64,000 nt of DNA from NCBI RefSeq assembly GCF_006345805.1, contig NC_042998.1:189038001-189102000 (forward strand), given 5' to 3'. Position numbers and translations under genes: made by a program. A model generated the notes under the pieces. That model was not told the DNA's origin. It did not search any database and was given only the letters and a program-made list of their open reading frames with translations. The stretch is from Octopus sinensis. Its lineage: Eukaryota. Below are positions 27,979 to 40,770 of the stretch, in pieces; the stretch's first letter is position 1, and each line of letters begins with the position of its first letter.

Positions 27979-28695
27979 CACATGCACTCATAAATGTATA
28001 TAAATATGTATATGTATAGACATATAGATTTACACACACACATATATGATCATATATTTATATATGAGTATATATATATATGTGGGTGGGTGTGTGTGTA
28101 TGTAGATGCATACACACATACATACGTACATGCATACATACACACGCACATACATAAATACATACGTACATACGCACATACATACATACATACATACATA
28201 CATACATACATACATACATACATACGTACGTACGTACATACATACATACATACATACATACATACATACATACATACATACATACATACGTACATACATA
28301 AATACATACGTACATACGCACATACATACATACATACATACATACACACATACATACATACACATACATACATACATACATACGTACATACATACATACA
28401 TACATACACACATACATACATACATACATACATACATACATACGTACATACATACATACATACACATATACATACATACATACATACATACATACATACA
28501 TACATACATACATACGTACATACATACATACATACACACATACATACATACATACATACATACATACATACATACATACATACGTACATACATACATACA
28601 TACACACATACATACATACATACATACATACATACACACATACATACGTACATACATACATACATACATACATACATACATGCATACATACATAC
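27585..28695. repeat. (TA)n, (GT)n and long (TACA)n microsatellites
   Basis: Direct inspection. Confidence 0.95.
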
Positions 28696-29129
28696 CATGA
28701 GCGTATGTCTAGGTATGGGGCGGGTTATATCTGGCGACAAGACCTGTCAGTAAATTTTTAAAACATAAAATGAAAAGTATAAAAGAGAGTAATGTCTACG
28801 TTGATTGCGCAAGACATTAATATCGATTTCGTCAGTGAATGTACGTCTGTACGTGTGTATAAATGCCTCCGTACATGAGGGACAAGAACAAGAAGACAGG
28901 AAGAAACTGGTGAAGAAGGTGTAGAACGATAGAGGCCAATGTTAATGCAACGCAGATTTGATACAAACAAAAGTTGCATTTTATATTTTGTTTTTGTTTG
29001 TTGTTTTTTTTTTTTCATGTCGGCTAATAATAATTTTATAGAATTAATCTTTTACCAGAAAGTGAAGCTATTCGGTAATCTTTTTTTTTTTTTTTACTAA
29101 GAGATACATGTGCATGACTATCTTACTGA

Positions 29130-30230
29130 GGGTGGTGGTGGTGGTGGTGGTAGTTGTGGTGGTGGTAGTAGTAGTGGTGGTGGTGGTGGTGGTGGTGATT
29201 GTGCTGGTGGTGGTGGTGATAGTTGTGGTGGTGGTGGTGGTGGTATTTGTGGTGGTGGTGGTGGTGGTGATGGTTGTGGTGGTGGTGGTGGTGGTGGTGG
29301 TTGTGGTGGTGGTGGTGGTTGTGGCGGCGGTGGCGATGATAGCTGTGGTGGTAGAGGCAGCGGTGGCAGCGGTGGCAGCGTGGCAGCAGTGGCAGCGGTG
29401 GCAGCGGTGGAAGCGTGGCAGCGGTGGCAGCAGTGGCAGCGATGGCAGCGGTGACAACGTGGCAGCGTGACAGCGGTAGCAGCGTGACAGCGTGGCAGCG
29501 GTAGCAGCGTGACAGCGGTGACAGCGTGACAGCGTGGCAGCGGTAGCAGCGTGACAGCGGTAGCAGCGTGACAGCGGTAGCAGCGTGACAGCGGTGGAAG
29601 CGTGGCAGCAGTGGAAGCGTGGCAGCGGTGGAAGCGTGGAAGCGTGGTAGCGTGGCAGCGGTAGCAGCGTGGCAGCAGTGGAAGCGTGGCAGCGGTGGAA
29701 GCGTGGCAGCGGTGGCAGCGGTAGCAGCGTGACAGCGGTGGAAGCGGTGGCAGCGGTGGAAACGGTGGCAGCGTGCCAGCAGTGGCGCGGTGGCAGCGGT
29801 GGAAGCGGTGGAAGCGTGGCAGCGGTGGCAGCAGTGGCAGCGGTGGAAGCGGTGGCAGCGGTAGCAGCGTGGCAGCGGTGGCAGCGGTGACAGCGGTGGC
29901 AGCGGTGGAAGCGGTAGCAGTCTGGCAGCGGTGGAAGCGGTAGCAGTCTGGCAGCGGTGGGAGCGTGGCAGCGGTGGCAGCGTGGCAGCGGTGGAAGCGT
30001 GGCAGCGGTGGAAGCGGTGGCGGTGGTAGCAACGTTGGTAGCGGTGGCAGCGGTGGCAGCGTGGCAGCGTGGCAGCGGTGGCAGCGTGGCAGCGGTGGCA
30101 GCGGTGGTGATGGTGCCGATGAAGCTGATGATGAAATGTCGGAGGGAGTCGAAGTCATGAGAGTGATACTGATAGTGATCACGATCTGATAACGTCAGCT
30201 GGTACATGGTGATGGTGGTGGTGGCGATGG
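29130..30230. repeat. (GGT)n followed by GC-rich mixed 8/9-mer repeat (CGTGGCAG / CGGTGGCAG and variants)
   Basis: Direct inspection. Confidence 0.92.
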
Positions 30231-31027
30231 CAGCAGTAGGGGTGAAAATAATAATGATGGTAGCAGTGGTCGTTGTCGTCGTTATGATGATAGGGGTAAC
30301 AGCTTTCGTTTCGTAATTATTTAGTCAGAGAAGGATGAGCCGCATTCTAGAGAGTGCAGATTTTCCCAGTTCAGAGGAGTAAAAACTATATTACAAAAGC
30401 TGTGTAAGAGACCGGGTGAAGAAACAAAATATATGTAAGCTTAAAAGTTTTTGTGTGTCGGTACACAAGTATTTGCCAACCTGTTGATTGGGCTTTCTTA
30501 TAATGCAGCCTCAGATGTTTGTATGTATAGCAACACTGCCGTCTCAGACACGAAAGATGTACTTTAATATTGGTTGCACTTGACCTTTGTACAAAATCAG
30601 CAACTGATCATTGTTCAGTAGTTCTTTGCCTCGAAGAAGACGCATGAAACCGTAGTTATTTTTCCCCCAATGTTATTGATGCAAAGTTACCATGAAAATT
30701 TATCGAAGAAAGTATTTGATGCAACTTTGGGAATATTAGTTGAAGATTTTAGGTTTGGTGGGGAAAACTCATCACAAAACTGTTTCCTTGATATATGAAT
30801 TGACTGTTTGTTTGGAGGATATGATTGGGTATGACTGGGTATGAATTTGAAAAACCTGGGTTTGACTTTAAGCTGCATCTGGTTGTTTGACCCTGGTTCG
30901 AGAATCCATGGTTTTGAGGCGTGTCGATCCATCTCTTAGCTGACATTGTTCCTATGTCTACCTTGATCCGTAGTGGTTTTCATGTCAGGATCCCAGCCAT
31001 GAGTTAAATAGTATGTAACCAGGGTGC

Positions 31028-31252
31028 GAGCTGGCACAAACGTTAGCACGTCGGGTGAAATGCTTAGCGGTATTTCGTCTGCCGTTACGTTGTGAGTTCA
31101 AATTCCGCCGAGGTCGACTTTACCTTTCAACCTTTCGGGGTCGATAAATTAAGTACCAGTTATGCACTGGGGTCGATGTAATCGACTTAATACCTATGTC
31201 TGTCCTTGTTTGTCCCTTCTATGTTTAGCCCCTTGTGGGTAATAAAGAAATA
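31028..31252 (+). mobile_element. SINE family A with 18-bp TSD
   Basis: agtatgtaaccagggtgc at 31010-31027 and 31253-31270 flanks a family A copy. Confidence 0.96.
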
Positions 31253-31917
31253 AGTATGTAACCAGGGTGCATTGAAATCATATGATGCCGCATGGTTGAG
31301 GGGAACTATTTCGGCGGATGAACTTACTGAGTCACTGGCGAATATTATATGATGCTAAGCAGATGAACAGATAACAAACTGTCAACGGCGGGGATCCATC
31401 CGTTCAGTGTGCGAACTGCTGTTAATATCTGTAGTCGCAGCGTAAGCAGATGAGATATTTCAACTAATGAAAGACCAATATGATTAAAATCCAGGTCAGA
31501 CATTCATGTCTCATCGCTTGATCGGGACGTCTAGCGTGAAGTTATATTGGTCCGGGCAAGTCGCCCAATCTGAATGAACGTAATATTGAAAAAGACTAAA
31601 TCATAATGTCCTTATTGGAAAATGTTTTCGAAGTTATTCGAAAGAAAGACTTCTTCCATTGCAGTGTTGATCAGTCACTGGTTCACTGTACTTCCAATGT
31701 CGTGAGTGTTAAGGGATTGTCTGTTACAGCTCGAGTTGGAAGCATACTAAATATTTAACAAAGTTTTTTTTAAAGTCGACGACGAGAGTGTAATGCACAT
31801 ATAGGAAGAAATTTTTTTCGAGTTTCTTTTCTTGGAAACAATACACAGTGAATTGCTAGTAAATACAATGATTGTGGACGTTAGATTAAGTAAAATATTT
31901 GGTTGTAGCTACTGAGA

Positions 31918-32143
31918 GGCTGGCAGAATCGTTAACACGCCCGGGCGAAATGCGTAGCCGTATTTCGTCTGCCGTTACGTTCAGAGTTCAAATTCCGCCG
32001 AGGTCGACTTTGCCTTTCATTCTTTCGGGGTCGATAAATTAAGTATCAATTACGCACTGGATTCGATATAATCGACTTAGTCCGTTTGTCGGTCCTTGTT
32101 TGTCCCCTCTGTGTTTAACCCTTTGTGGGTAGTAAAGAAATAG
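31918..32143 (+). mobile_element. SINE family A
   Basis: ggcagaatcgttaacacgcccgggcgaaatgcgtagccg head, gagttcaaattcc B-box, ccttgtgggtagtaaagaaata-type tail. Confidence 0.93.
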
Positions 32144-32389
32144 GTATTAAGATGTAGTGGTAGTGGTTTTGGCTGTAGTGGTGGTAATGGTGATGGTTGT
32201 GATAACAGTGCTCCTAATATTGGTGTTAATGTAAACTATGATGGTTGTTTTGATGGCGTTGTGTGATGCTGATAGTAAGTCGACTTTCTTATATCATCTT
32301 CAGGAGGAGGAAGAGGGCTAATTTTCATAGTTTTTATACTGGTCCTTCCAGAAGAAAGCGATTGATGCAACAGGTTAAACAGGAAAGAT

Positions 32390-32394
32390 ATATA

Positions 32395-32451
<57 letters not shown>

Positions 32452-33420
32452 AGTGTGTATATGTTTTGGGCGTATGCGTATATATGTATCTCCGTATACA
32501 TGTGTAATTGCGTGTTTGTTCAATATTGGCAAGCATGAATTTTCAAAAATAGAACTATGCACGCGCGCGCGCATAAGGTTATATATACATACATATGGAT
32601 GTGCGTGTGTATGTATATGTATATGTATACATGTATGCATATACATACGCACACTCACGCACACATGTATATACATACATACATACATACATACATACAT
32701 GCATACATACATACATACATATATATATATACATACATACATACATACATACATCCATACATACATACATCCATACATACATGCATACATACATACATAC
32801 ATACACGCATACATACATGCATACATACACGCATACATACATACATACATACATACATACATGCATACATACATACATATATACATACATACATGCATAC
32901 ATACATGCATACATACATACATACATACATCATACATACATACATACATACATACATGCATACATACATACATACATATATACATACATACATGCATACA
33001 TACATGCATACATTCATGCATACATATATAACTGCATTATAAATGTATATATACATTCACAGATAAAGAGAAGGAGAGAAGGAGAGGGAGAGAGGGAGAA
33101 GGGGAGGAAGAGGGGAGAAGGAGAGGAGATGGGAGAGGAAGATGGAGATGGAGAGATGAGGAGAAGGAGAGGGGGAGAGGGAGAGGGAGAGATGAGGAGA
33201 AGGAGAGGGGGAGAGGGAGAAGGAGAAGGAGAGAAAGGTTGAGGGAGCGTGAAAACGGAGAGACAGATGGACACCGAAACAGGAATGGAAACAAAAAGGA
33301 GGGAAAGGAAAGGAGAAAAAGAAAAAAAGTGTGTATGTGTGAGAGAGAGAGAGTGAGAGAGAGAGAGAGGGAGAGATGAGAAGGAGGAGAAGGATAAAGA
33401 GAAAAAAGATAGAGAGAAAG
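32390..33420. repeat. (TA)n/(TACA)n microsatellites and polypurine (GA-rich) tract
   Basis: Direct inspection. Confidence 0.9.
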
Positions 33421-33819
33421 AAAAATAGTGAGAGAAGAAATGAAAGCAGATGGTGAAGTTGGATTAAGACGTTTATGTAATGAAATCGTCTTCTTCTTAA
33501 GGTGATGGATGTCTATTGGCTTGTCGGTCGATAGCCCAACGGTCATAATTGTAGACTTTCATCAATGGTGCAATATCACACATCTTCACTGGCAGCAGCA
33601 GCAGCGGGCGGCAGCGGCGACGGTGGCGGCAGCAGTTGTAGTTGTAGTTGTAGTTGTAGTAGTTGTGATGACAGTGGTTTTTGTAGGGGAAGAGCGGAGT
33701 GGGGGGGGTGTCGGGGTAGATTTGGGTGGCTGTGTTGGGGAAGTGTCGATAATAGTAAAGTAAAGCGACGATGGAATTGTAGTGTGTTGGTGGTAGTAGA
33801 CGTAGTGATCGTTTAACAA

Positions 33820-33829
33820 TTACAGTAGC

Positions 33830-33870
<41 letters not shown>

Positions 33871-33936
33871 AAGTGGAAGTGGAAGTGGTAGTGTTGTTGT
33901 TGTTGTTGGTGGTGGTAGTGGTGGTGGTGGTGGTGA

Positions 33937-33976
<40 letters not shown>

Positions 33977-34064
33977 GGTGGTGGTGGTGGTGGTGGTGGT
34001 GGTGATAGTAGTAGTAGTGGTGGTGGTGGTGGTGGTGATAGTAGTAGTAGTGTTGGTGGTGGTG

Positions 34065-34139
<75 letters not shown>

Positions 34140-34483
34140 CTACTTGAAGCGAATTCGGTCGTAGTACTATATGTAGTAAATATGCAATGCTAGTAGTGTT
34201 TAGCTCTACGTCAGCTCCAATCAAGCAGAGCTATAATCAAAGGTTACCCATTCGTGACCATCCCATCTTTTTATACGTTAGAGACTACATTGCAACAACT
34301 GTCCCACCTTTTTGTTTTGTTTTTTGTTTTTTAAGACAGTTATCATTTCAAGATTAATTTAACTGCTGTTTCTAGCAGATCAAGCTTCTCGTGGTTGTAG
34401 GAATTAACCTTGATGGCAGTAGCTGCGTTGTGGTAGTAATATTAGTAAAACTGCTAATGGTCAAGTGGTTAAAATAGTGGGTT

Positions 34484-34535
<52 letters not shown>

Positions 34536-34665
34536 TGATGTAGCAGTAGCAGCAGTAGAAGTAGTAGTAGTAGTAGTAGCAGCAGCAGTAGAAGTAGTAG
34601 TAGTAGTAGTAGTAGTAACAGCAGTAGTAGTAGTAGTAGTAGTAGTTGATGTAGCAGTAGCAGCA

Positions 34666-34696
<31 letters not shown>

Positions 34697-34924
34697 CAGC
34701 AGTAGAAGTAGTAGTAGTAGTAGTAACAACAGTAGTAGTAGTAGTAGTAGCAGCAGCAGCAGTAAAAGTAGTAGTAGTAGTAGTAGAAATAGTAGTAGTA
34801 GTAGCAGCAGTAGTAGTAGTAGTAATAGCAGCAGCAGCAGCAGTAATGGAAGTAGTATTAGTAGTAGTAGCAGCAGCAGCAGTAAAAGTAGTAGTAGTAG
34901 TAGTAGCAGCAGCAGCAGCAGTAA

Positions 34925-34959
<35 letters not shown>

Positions 34960-35023
34960 ATAGCAGCAGCAGCCGTAATGGAAGTAGTAGTAGTAGTAGT
35001 AGTAGTAGTGGCAGCAGCAGTAA

Positions 35024-35064
<41 letters not shown>

Positions 35065-35102
35065 ATAGCAGCAACAGCAGCAGTAGTAGTAGCAGCAGCA
35101 GT

Positions 35103-35135
<33 letters not shown>

Positions 35136-35312
35136 AATTTAACAGCGGCAGTAGCCGTTAAAATAGAAGGGAATGGTGTGGCATGTGATTGTAATGGTGG
35201 TGATAATAGTAGCAACACAATTGGTCTGTGCAAAGTATTAAGTAGTTTCAATAGCCAAGGGACGTAGTTAGCTTTAATGGTGTAATAGCTGTGGTAACGA
35301 TAATGTTTTGTA

Positions 35313-35366
<54 letters not shown>

Positions 35367-35498
35367 GGGGATGTGGTGGGGGTGGGGGTAGTAGTAGTAG
35401 TAGTAGTGGTGGTGGTGGTGGTGGAGGTGGTGGTTGTGGTGGTGTGGTGGTAGTGTTGGCGGTGGTGGTGGTGGTGGTGGCGGTGGTGGTGGTGGGTG

Positions 35499-35533
<35 letters not shown>

Positions 35534-36225
35534 TAGTAGTGGGGGGATGTGGTGGGGGTGGGGGTAGTAGTAGTAGTAGTAGTGGTGGTGGTGGTGGTGA
35601 GGTGGTGGTGGTGGTGGTGGTAGTGGTGGCGGTGGTGGTGGTGGTGGTGGGTGGTGTGGTGGTGGTAGTGGTGGCGGTGGTGGTGGTGGTGGTGGCGGCG
35701 GGTGTGGTGGTGGTGGTGGTGGTAGTAGTAGTATAGTAGTATAGTAGTAGTAGTGGGGGGATGTGGTGGGGGTGGGGGTATAGTAGTAGTAGTGGTGGTG
35801 GTGGTGGTGGAGGGTGGTGGTGGTGGTGGTGGTAGTGTGGCGGTGTGGTGTGGTGGTAGTTGTAGTAGTAGTAGTGGGGGGTGGTGTGTGGGGGGGGGGG
35901 GGGGGGGTAGTAGTAGTAGTAGTGATGGTGGTGGATGAGGTGTGGTGTGGTGGTGGTAGTGGTGGCGGTGGTGGTGTGGGGTAGTAGTAGTAGTAGTAGT
36001 AGTGGGGGGATGTGGTGGGGGTGGGGGTAGTAGTAGTAGTAGTAGTGATGGTGGTGATGGAGGTGGTGGTGGTGGTGGTGGTATGGTGGCGTGGTGGTGG
36101 TGGTGGTAGTATAGTAGTAGTAGTAGTAGTGGGGGGATGTGGTGGGGGTGGGGGTAGTAGTAGTAGTAGTAGTGATGGTGGTGATGGAGGTGGTGGTGGT
36201 GGTGGTGGTAGTGGTGGCGGTGGTG

Positions 36226-36265
<40 letters not shown>

Positions 36266-36366
36266 GGGGATGTGGTGGGGGTGGGGGTAGTAGTAGTAGT
36301 AGTAGTGATGGTGGTGATGGAGGTGGTGGTGGTGGTGGTAGTGGTGGCGGTGGTGGTGGTGGTGGT

Positions 36367-36415
<49 letters not shown>
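33820..36415. repeat. Large (GTA/GCA/GGT)n trinucleotide complex
   Basis: Direct inspection; it explains the poly-V, poly-L and poly-T ORFs. Confidence 0.95.
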
Positions 36416-36777
36416 AAGACATCGCTACGCCATCAGTAGTGGAACTATTGTAGAGTGATTCTGGTAAATTGCTAGTTTTTTTTTTTGTTTTGTTTTTTGT
36501 TTTTGGTTATTGTCCAGCATCTTCTGGGCTTTTCAAGTACCCTCTCAACACAAACCTCTACACAAGTAAAGTATTAGAAGGCTGACAAAGGGTATATAAA
36601 AACTAAAAATGTATATCTATAATGCTATTGATCGATTAGCCACTCTCACTCCCTCTCTGCTTATATATATTATTTATTAATATATTTATATAAATACATA
36701 CATACATACATACATACATACATACATACATACATACATACATACATACATACATACATACATGCATGCATATGCTG

Positions 36778-37098
36778 AGACCCCCTTCGGTCATGACTGA
36801 CCATGGAATTGCACCTAGAAAGTTACCCTCCCAGGCACAAGTCCGAGCAAGGTTGTTTATGGAAGACTACCTGTTGCCCATACATACCAGTCTCCCCTCT
36901 CCACACCACCGATGTTATCCAAGGGAAAGGCAAAGGGGCCGATACAGCTTGGCACCAGTGACGTCGCAACTCATTTCTACAGCTGAGTGAACTGGAGCAA
37001 CGTGAAATAAAGTGTCTTGCTCAAGAACACAACACGCAGCCCGGTCCGGGATTCGAACTCACAACCTCGCGATCATAAGCTCGATGCTCTAACCACAT
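36778..37098 (-). mobile_element. tRNA-derived SINE (family C)
   Basis: Reverse complement of the 52217-52551 copy; B-box gagttcgaatccc on the minus strand. Confidence 0.92.
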
Positions 37099-37783
37099 GC
37101 ATACATACATATATGTGTGTGTGAGTGTGAGTGTGTGTGTGTGTGTATGTGTGCGTGCGTGCGTGTGTGTGTGTGTTCTTGTTTGTCACCTGTCCTAGCT
37201 TGATTTACGCGTTCGTCACCACAACCTCGTTTAGGCTTTGTTTTCTCTGTCCTGTTTGTGTTACCAATTCTGACCCTCCGCAAAATCCCAAATTTTATTT
37301 AATTTGCTTTGCGGGAGCAACTGTTTTATCGAAAGCGTATATTGTTGTTAAATGCTCGAAATACGAGACTAGAAAAACAGCCAACAACTGATGAAGAGTT
37401 GTTCTTTATGTTGATTGTTTTGATTTCCATTTTTGTCTTTCATTGTTCAAAAGAATAGTTCATGTTCCATGTACTCGTGCTTCGTACTTTTTGTTGTACA
37501 CGTTTCGTGACGTCCTGTGACCACATATGCATATAAATATATGCATATATGCATACGTATATGTACATACTTACATTTCTACGTATTTATATATATATAT
37601 ATATATACGTTTAAATATTTGTTGTGCAAGATTTTTTATGTGAAGTCGTGTGTTGAAACAGATATCGTTATATTTCGGAATGGTCATATTGCCAGTTTAG
37701 CCAATAAAAACACACGCACTATATATTTGGTGTTATTTTGCTTCAGTGATATTTATTTTTTATATTAATCTTAATCTTATTTC

Positions 37784-37828
37784 GGCCAAAGTTCTTTCGT
37801 CACACTCCTGTGACCGCATCAGTGGTCC
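37784..37828 (-). ncRNA. Minimal type-I hammerhead ribozyme motif (left pLTR copy, core mutated)
   Basis: Reverse complement reads ggacca CTGATGC g gtcac aggagt gtgac GAAA g aa ctt tggcc. Confidence 0.6.
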
Positions 37829-38003
37829 TTTGTTTTCTTCTCACTTACTTGTGTCTCTCCTTACTAACCGTCAGCCATTTTGTATTTCTATTGTATGTCT
37901 TCATTTGCGCATGCTTATATCTCTATGTGCGTCTATGTTTATTTAGTGTGTGTGGGGGGGATGCCTGTAATATTTGTATCTTCTGGTTATATACATTCTT
38001 GTA

Positions 38004-38410
38004 TATAATTGGTAGAACCTATCCTTTTAGTAGAACTCTCTGTACGGATAACTATTGCACTGTATGTAGATTTAGCCCACAAACAAACTGCAAAGCCAGA
38101 AATGTGGTCTATAGTATAAGATGTATAGAGGGACGATGCAGTAATAAGACAGTAACATACGTAGGGGAAACTGCAAGAAGCATTGGTGAGCGGGTGAATG
38201 AACATTGGAGACAACTCAAGGAAGGTAAAAGCTCATCGATTCTGTACCAACACGCCGAACAAGAACACGGGGGATCAATCATAACATAGAGATTAAGATA
38301 TTGTCCACACATAGAACAGATGCAACAATTAGACAAATTACAGAAGCTACACATATAATAGAAAATAAACCTAGCCTGAATAGAAAACTAGAATGGAGCA
38401 ATAGCGCACA
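38004..38410 (+). pseudogene. Penelope GIY-YIG endonuclease C-terminal fragment (one frameshift)
   Basis: CTDNYCTVC...NCKARNVVYSIRC...TYVGETARSIGERVNEH...LYQHAEQEH then, after a frameshift, [37 protein letters not shown]. Confidence 0.92.
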
Positions 38411-38931
38411 CCACAACATATGACAATAGTGGATCCTGCAAACATAATAAATACACGGGTAATTAAAGAAATAGAAATGAATATCTATATATATGTATGT
38501 GTGTATATATATGTATATGTATATGTATGTGTGTATATATGTGTGTATATATGTATATATATATATATGTATATGTATATGTATGTATATATATATATGT
38601 ATATATATATTCTTTTTTTTTTTTCGATTAGATTTATTATTATTATTACTAATATTGTTGTTATACATACATACAAGCATATGTAATGATAATAATGGGT
38701 GGATGTAAACACATGAACAAAATTAGAACAAAAACAACAAAAACAAAATACAAATTACAAGAATGTATATAACCAGAAGATACAAATATTACAGGCATCC
38801 CCCCCCACACACACTAAATAAACATAGACGCACATAGAGATATAAGCATGCGCAAATGAAGACATACAATAGAAATACAAAATGGCTGACGGTTAGTAAG
38901 GAGAGACACAAGTAAGTGAGAAGAAAACAAA

Positions 38932-38976
38932 GGACCACTGATGCGGTCACAGGAGTGTGACGAAAGAACTTTGGCC
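38932..38976 (+). ncRNA. Minimal type-I hammerhead ribozyme motif (right pLTR copy, core mutated)
   Basis: ggacca CTGATGC g gtcac-aggagt-gtgac GAAA g-aa-c tt tggcc; A9C in the core. Confidence 0.6.
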
Positions 38977-39169
38977 GAAATAAGATTAAGATTAATGTAA
39001 AAAATAATATCACTGAAGCAAAATAACACCAAATATATAGTGCGTGTGTTTTTATTGGCTAAACTGGCAATATGACCATTCCGAAATATAACGATATATA
39101 TATATATACGTAGAGATGTAAGTATGTACATATACGTATGCACATATGCATATATTTATTTTTTATTTA

Positions 39170-39211
<42 letters not shown>

Positions 39212-39225
39212 CATCATCAGCATCA

Positions 39226-39259
<34 letters not shown>

Positions 39260-39284
39260 GTTGAAATTTAGAGAAAAACTAAAG

Positions 39285-39415
39285 ACGAAGACAGGTAGGT
39301 GTATAGGCAACAAGCAGGTGTATTAGTTCAACGCTCGGGAAGGTGAGAAAGACTTTTACGTTTCGAACCTACGTTCTTTAACAGAAAGGAACACGAGTAA
39401 ATAAACAGAGAGAAT
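39285..39415 (-). mobile_element. Short interspersed repeat (putative Penelope pLTR remnant), related to 51845-51990
   Basis: Shared gacgaagacagg..tgtattag..ttttacgtttcga.cctacg.tct....agaaagg; hammerhead-like motif on the minus strand. Confidence 0.5.
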
Positions 39416-39443
39416 ATTACTACTACTACTACTACTACTACTG

Positions 39444-39504
<61 letters not shown>

Positions 39505-39542
39505 GACTACGAACATTATCGTCACCATATATATATATACAT

Positions 39543-39605
<63 letters not shown>

Positions 39606-39606
<1 letters not shown>

Positions 39607-40250
39607 TAGCAGAGATACCCGACGTTGCCCGTGCTACATACAATTGAAGAATTAGACTTTGCTGTTATATTTTCTCTAATGAACTGGAATATCTATGTTT
39701 CGAATTTCATCAAAATTGCAAATGTGGGTTATTGTAATCGTGCCACATATATCCCATACTACTGATTTTTATGCGCATATTCCAAAATTCCAGTCTTATT
39801 GAACCTGTTAAAAAGATTTTGCTCCTGAAAAATGAAGGTCATGGAGCTCAAAAATGTAAGTGTATGTCAAAGCAAACTGTTACACTGTTGCACCATTGAA
39901 TTAGAAATAATGCTCAACTTTTATGCTCGGGTAACCCTACAGCTTCCAAGAGCACAACTGTATTCGTTTTTGCTTAGATAAAATGACAAAATTGTGGGCG
40001 TTAAGTCCCCGTGGAGGGGTGTTTATAACTTGTAAGAAGATGAAATTTTATAAATATTACGTCATTTGTGTTTAATATCTATGGTTAAAATTTCCTCAAC
40101 AGCACAAATATATGAATTGCCATGGGGGTCATGGGCCTTATGCATAGAATATAATTTCCAAATTTCATAAAGATCCATTCAGTACTTTTGACCTAGTTTT
40201 GGATCATAAAAGAAATGACTAAAATTTGGGAGTTAAGGCTCCCATTAGGG

Positions 40251-40260
<10 letters not shown>
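39606..40260 (-). mobile_element. Non-autonomous Helitron-like element
   Basis: Minus-strand 3' end cacgggcaacgtcgggtatctctgCTAG|t (GC-rich hairpin + CTRR) inside (TA)n; aaatttcataaagatccattcagt motif near the other end; 5' TC not resolvable within the TA run. Confidence 0.72.
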
Positions 40261-40337
<77 letters not shown>

Positions 40338-40338
<1 letters not shown>

Positions 40339-40729
40339 TAGTTATCGCCATACTAATATGGCAGTCTATAAATATAAGACTAAAGCTGTCGCTGATTAGC
40401 TCCAAGAGGCCATCGGCTCTAGCTAGCTTTATGACACACGAACCTGCGTCCATTACAACCTTCGAAGATTTTATTTACCTAGTTACAGTGGAATACATCC
40501 ACTTGTTTTCAATAATGGAAATATTAAAATTACTAAGTCTCTCTAAAGGAGATTACGGCAGCGTTACTGGATATTAAGGTGAAGCAACTGACCTCCCCTG
40601 TTCGAAGGTTGTAATGGACGCAGGTTCGTGTGTCATATAGCTAGCTAGAGGCGATGACCTCTTGGAGCTAATCAGCGACAGCTTTAGTCTTATATTTATA
40701 GACTGCCATATTAGTATGGTGATAACTAT
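40338..40729. mobile_element. Foldback/MITE-like element with ~129-bp inverted arms
   Basis: 40338-40466 vs 40601-40729 reverse complementary with few mismatches; (TA)n on both sides. Confidence 0.8.
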
Positions 40730-40737
40730 ATATATAT

Positions 40738-40770
<33 letters not shown>

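Larger units (their letters stand above)
37535..39157 (+). mobile_element. 5'-truncated Penelope-like retroelement with inverted pseudo-LTRs
   Basis: Arms 37535-38003 and 38756-39157 are near-perfect reverse complements around a GIY-YIG coding fragment; each arm contains a hammerhead-like motif. Confidence 0.9.

Noticed and set aside
29068-30207. Pro/Ala/Thr-rich 354- and 379-aa ORFs resembling mucin or formin
   Set aside because: Entirely explained by (GGT)n and 8/9-mer repeats; the peptide pattern rotates with the 8-mers.
30640-31000. Possible further Penelope remnant or hammerhead (gaagaagacgcatgaaacc)
   Set aside because: Core lacks CUGA and no clear protein motif was recovered.
33820-36453. 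Poly-Val, poly-Leu and poly-Thr ORFs
   Set aside because: Trinucleotide microsatellite translations.
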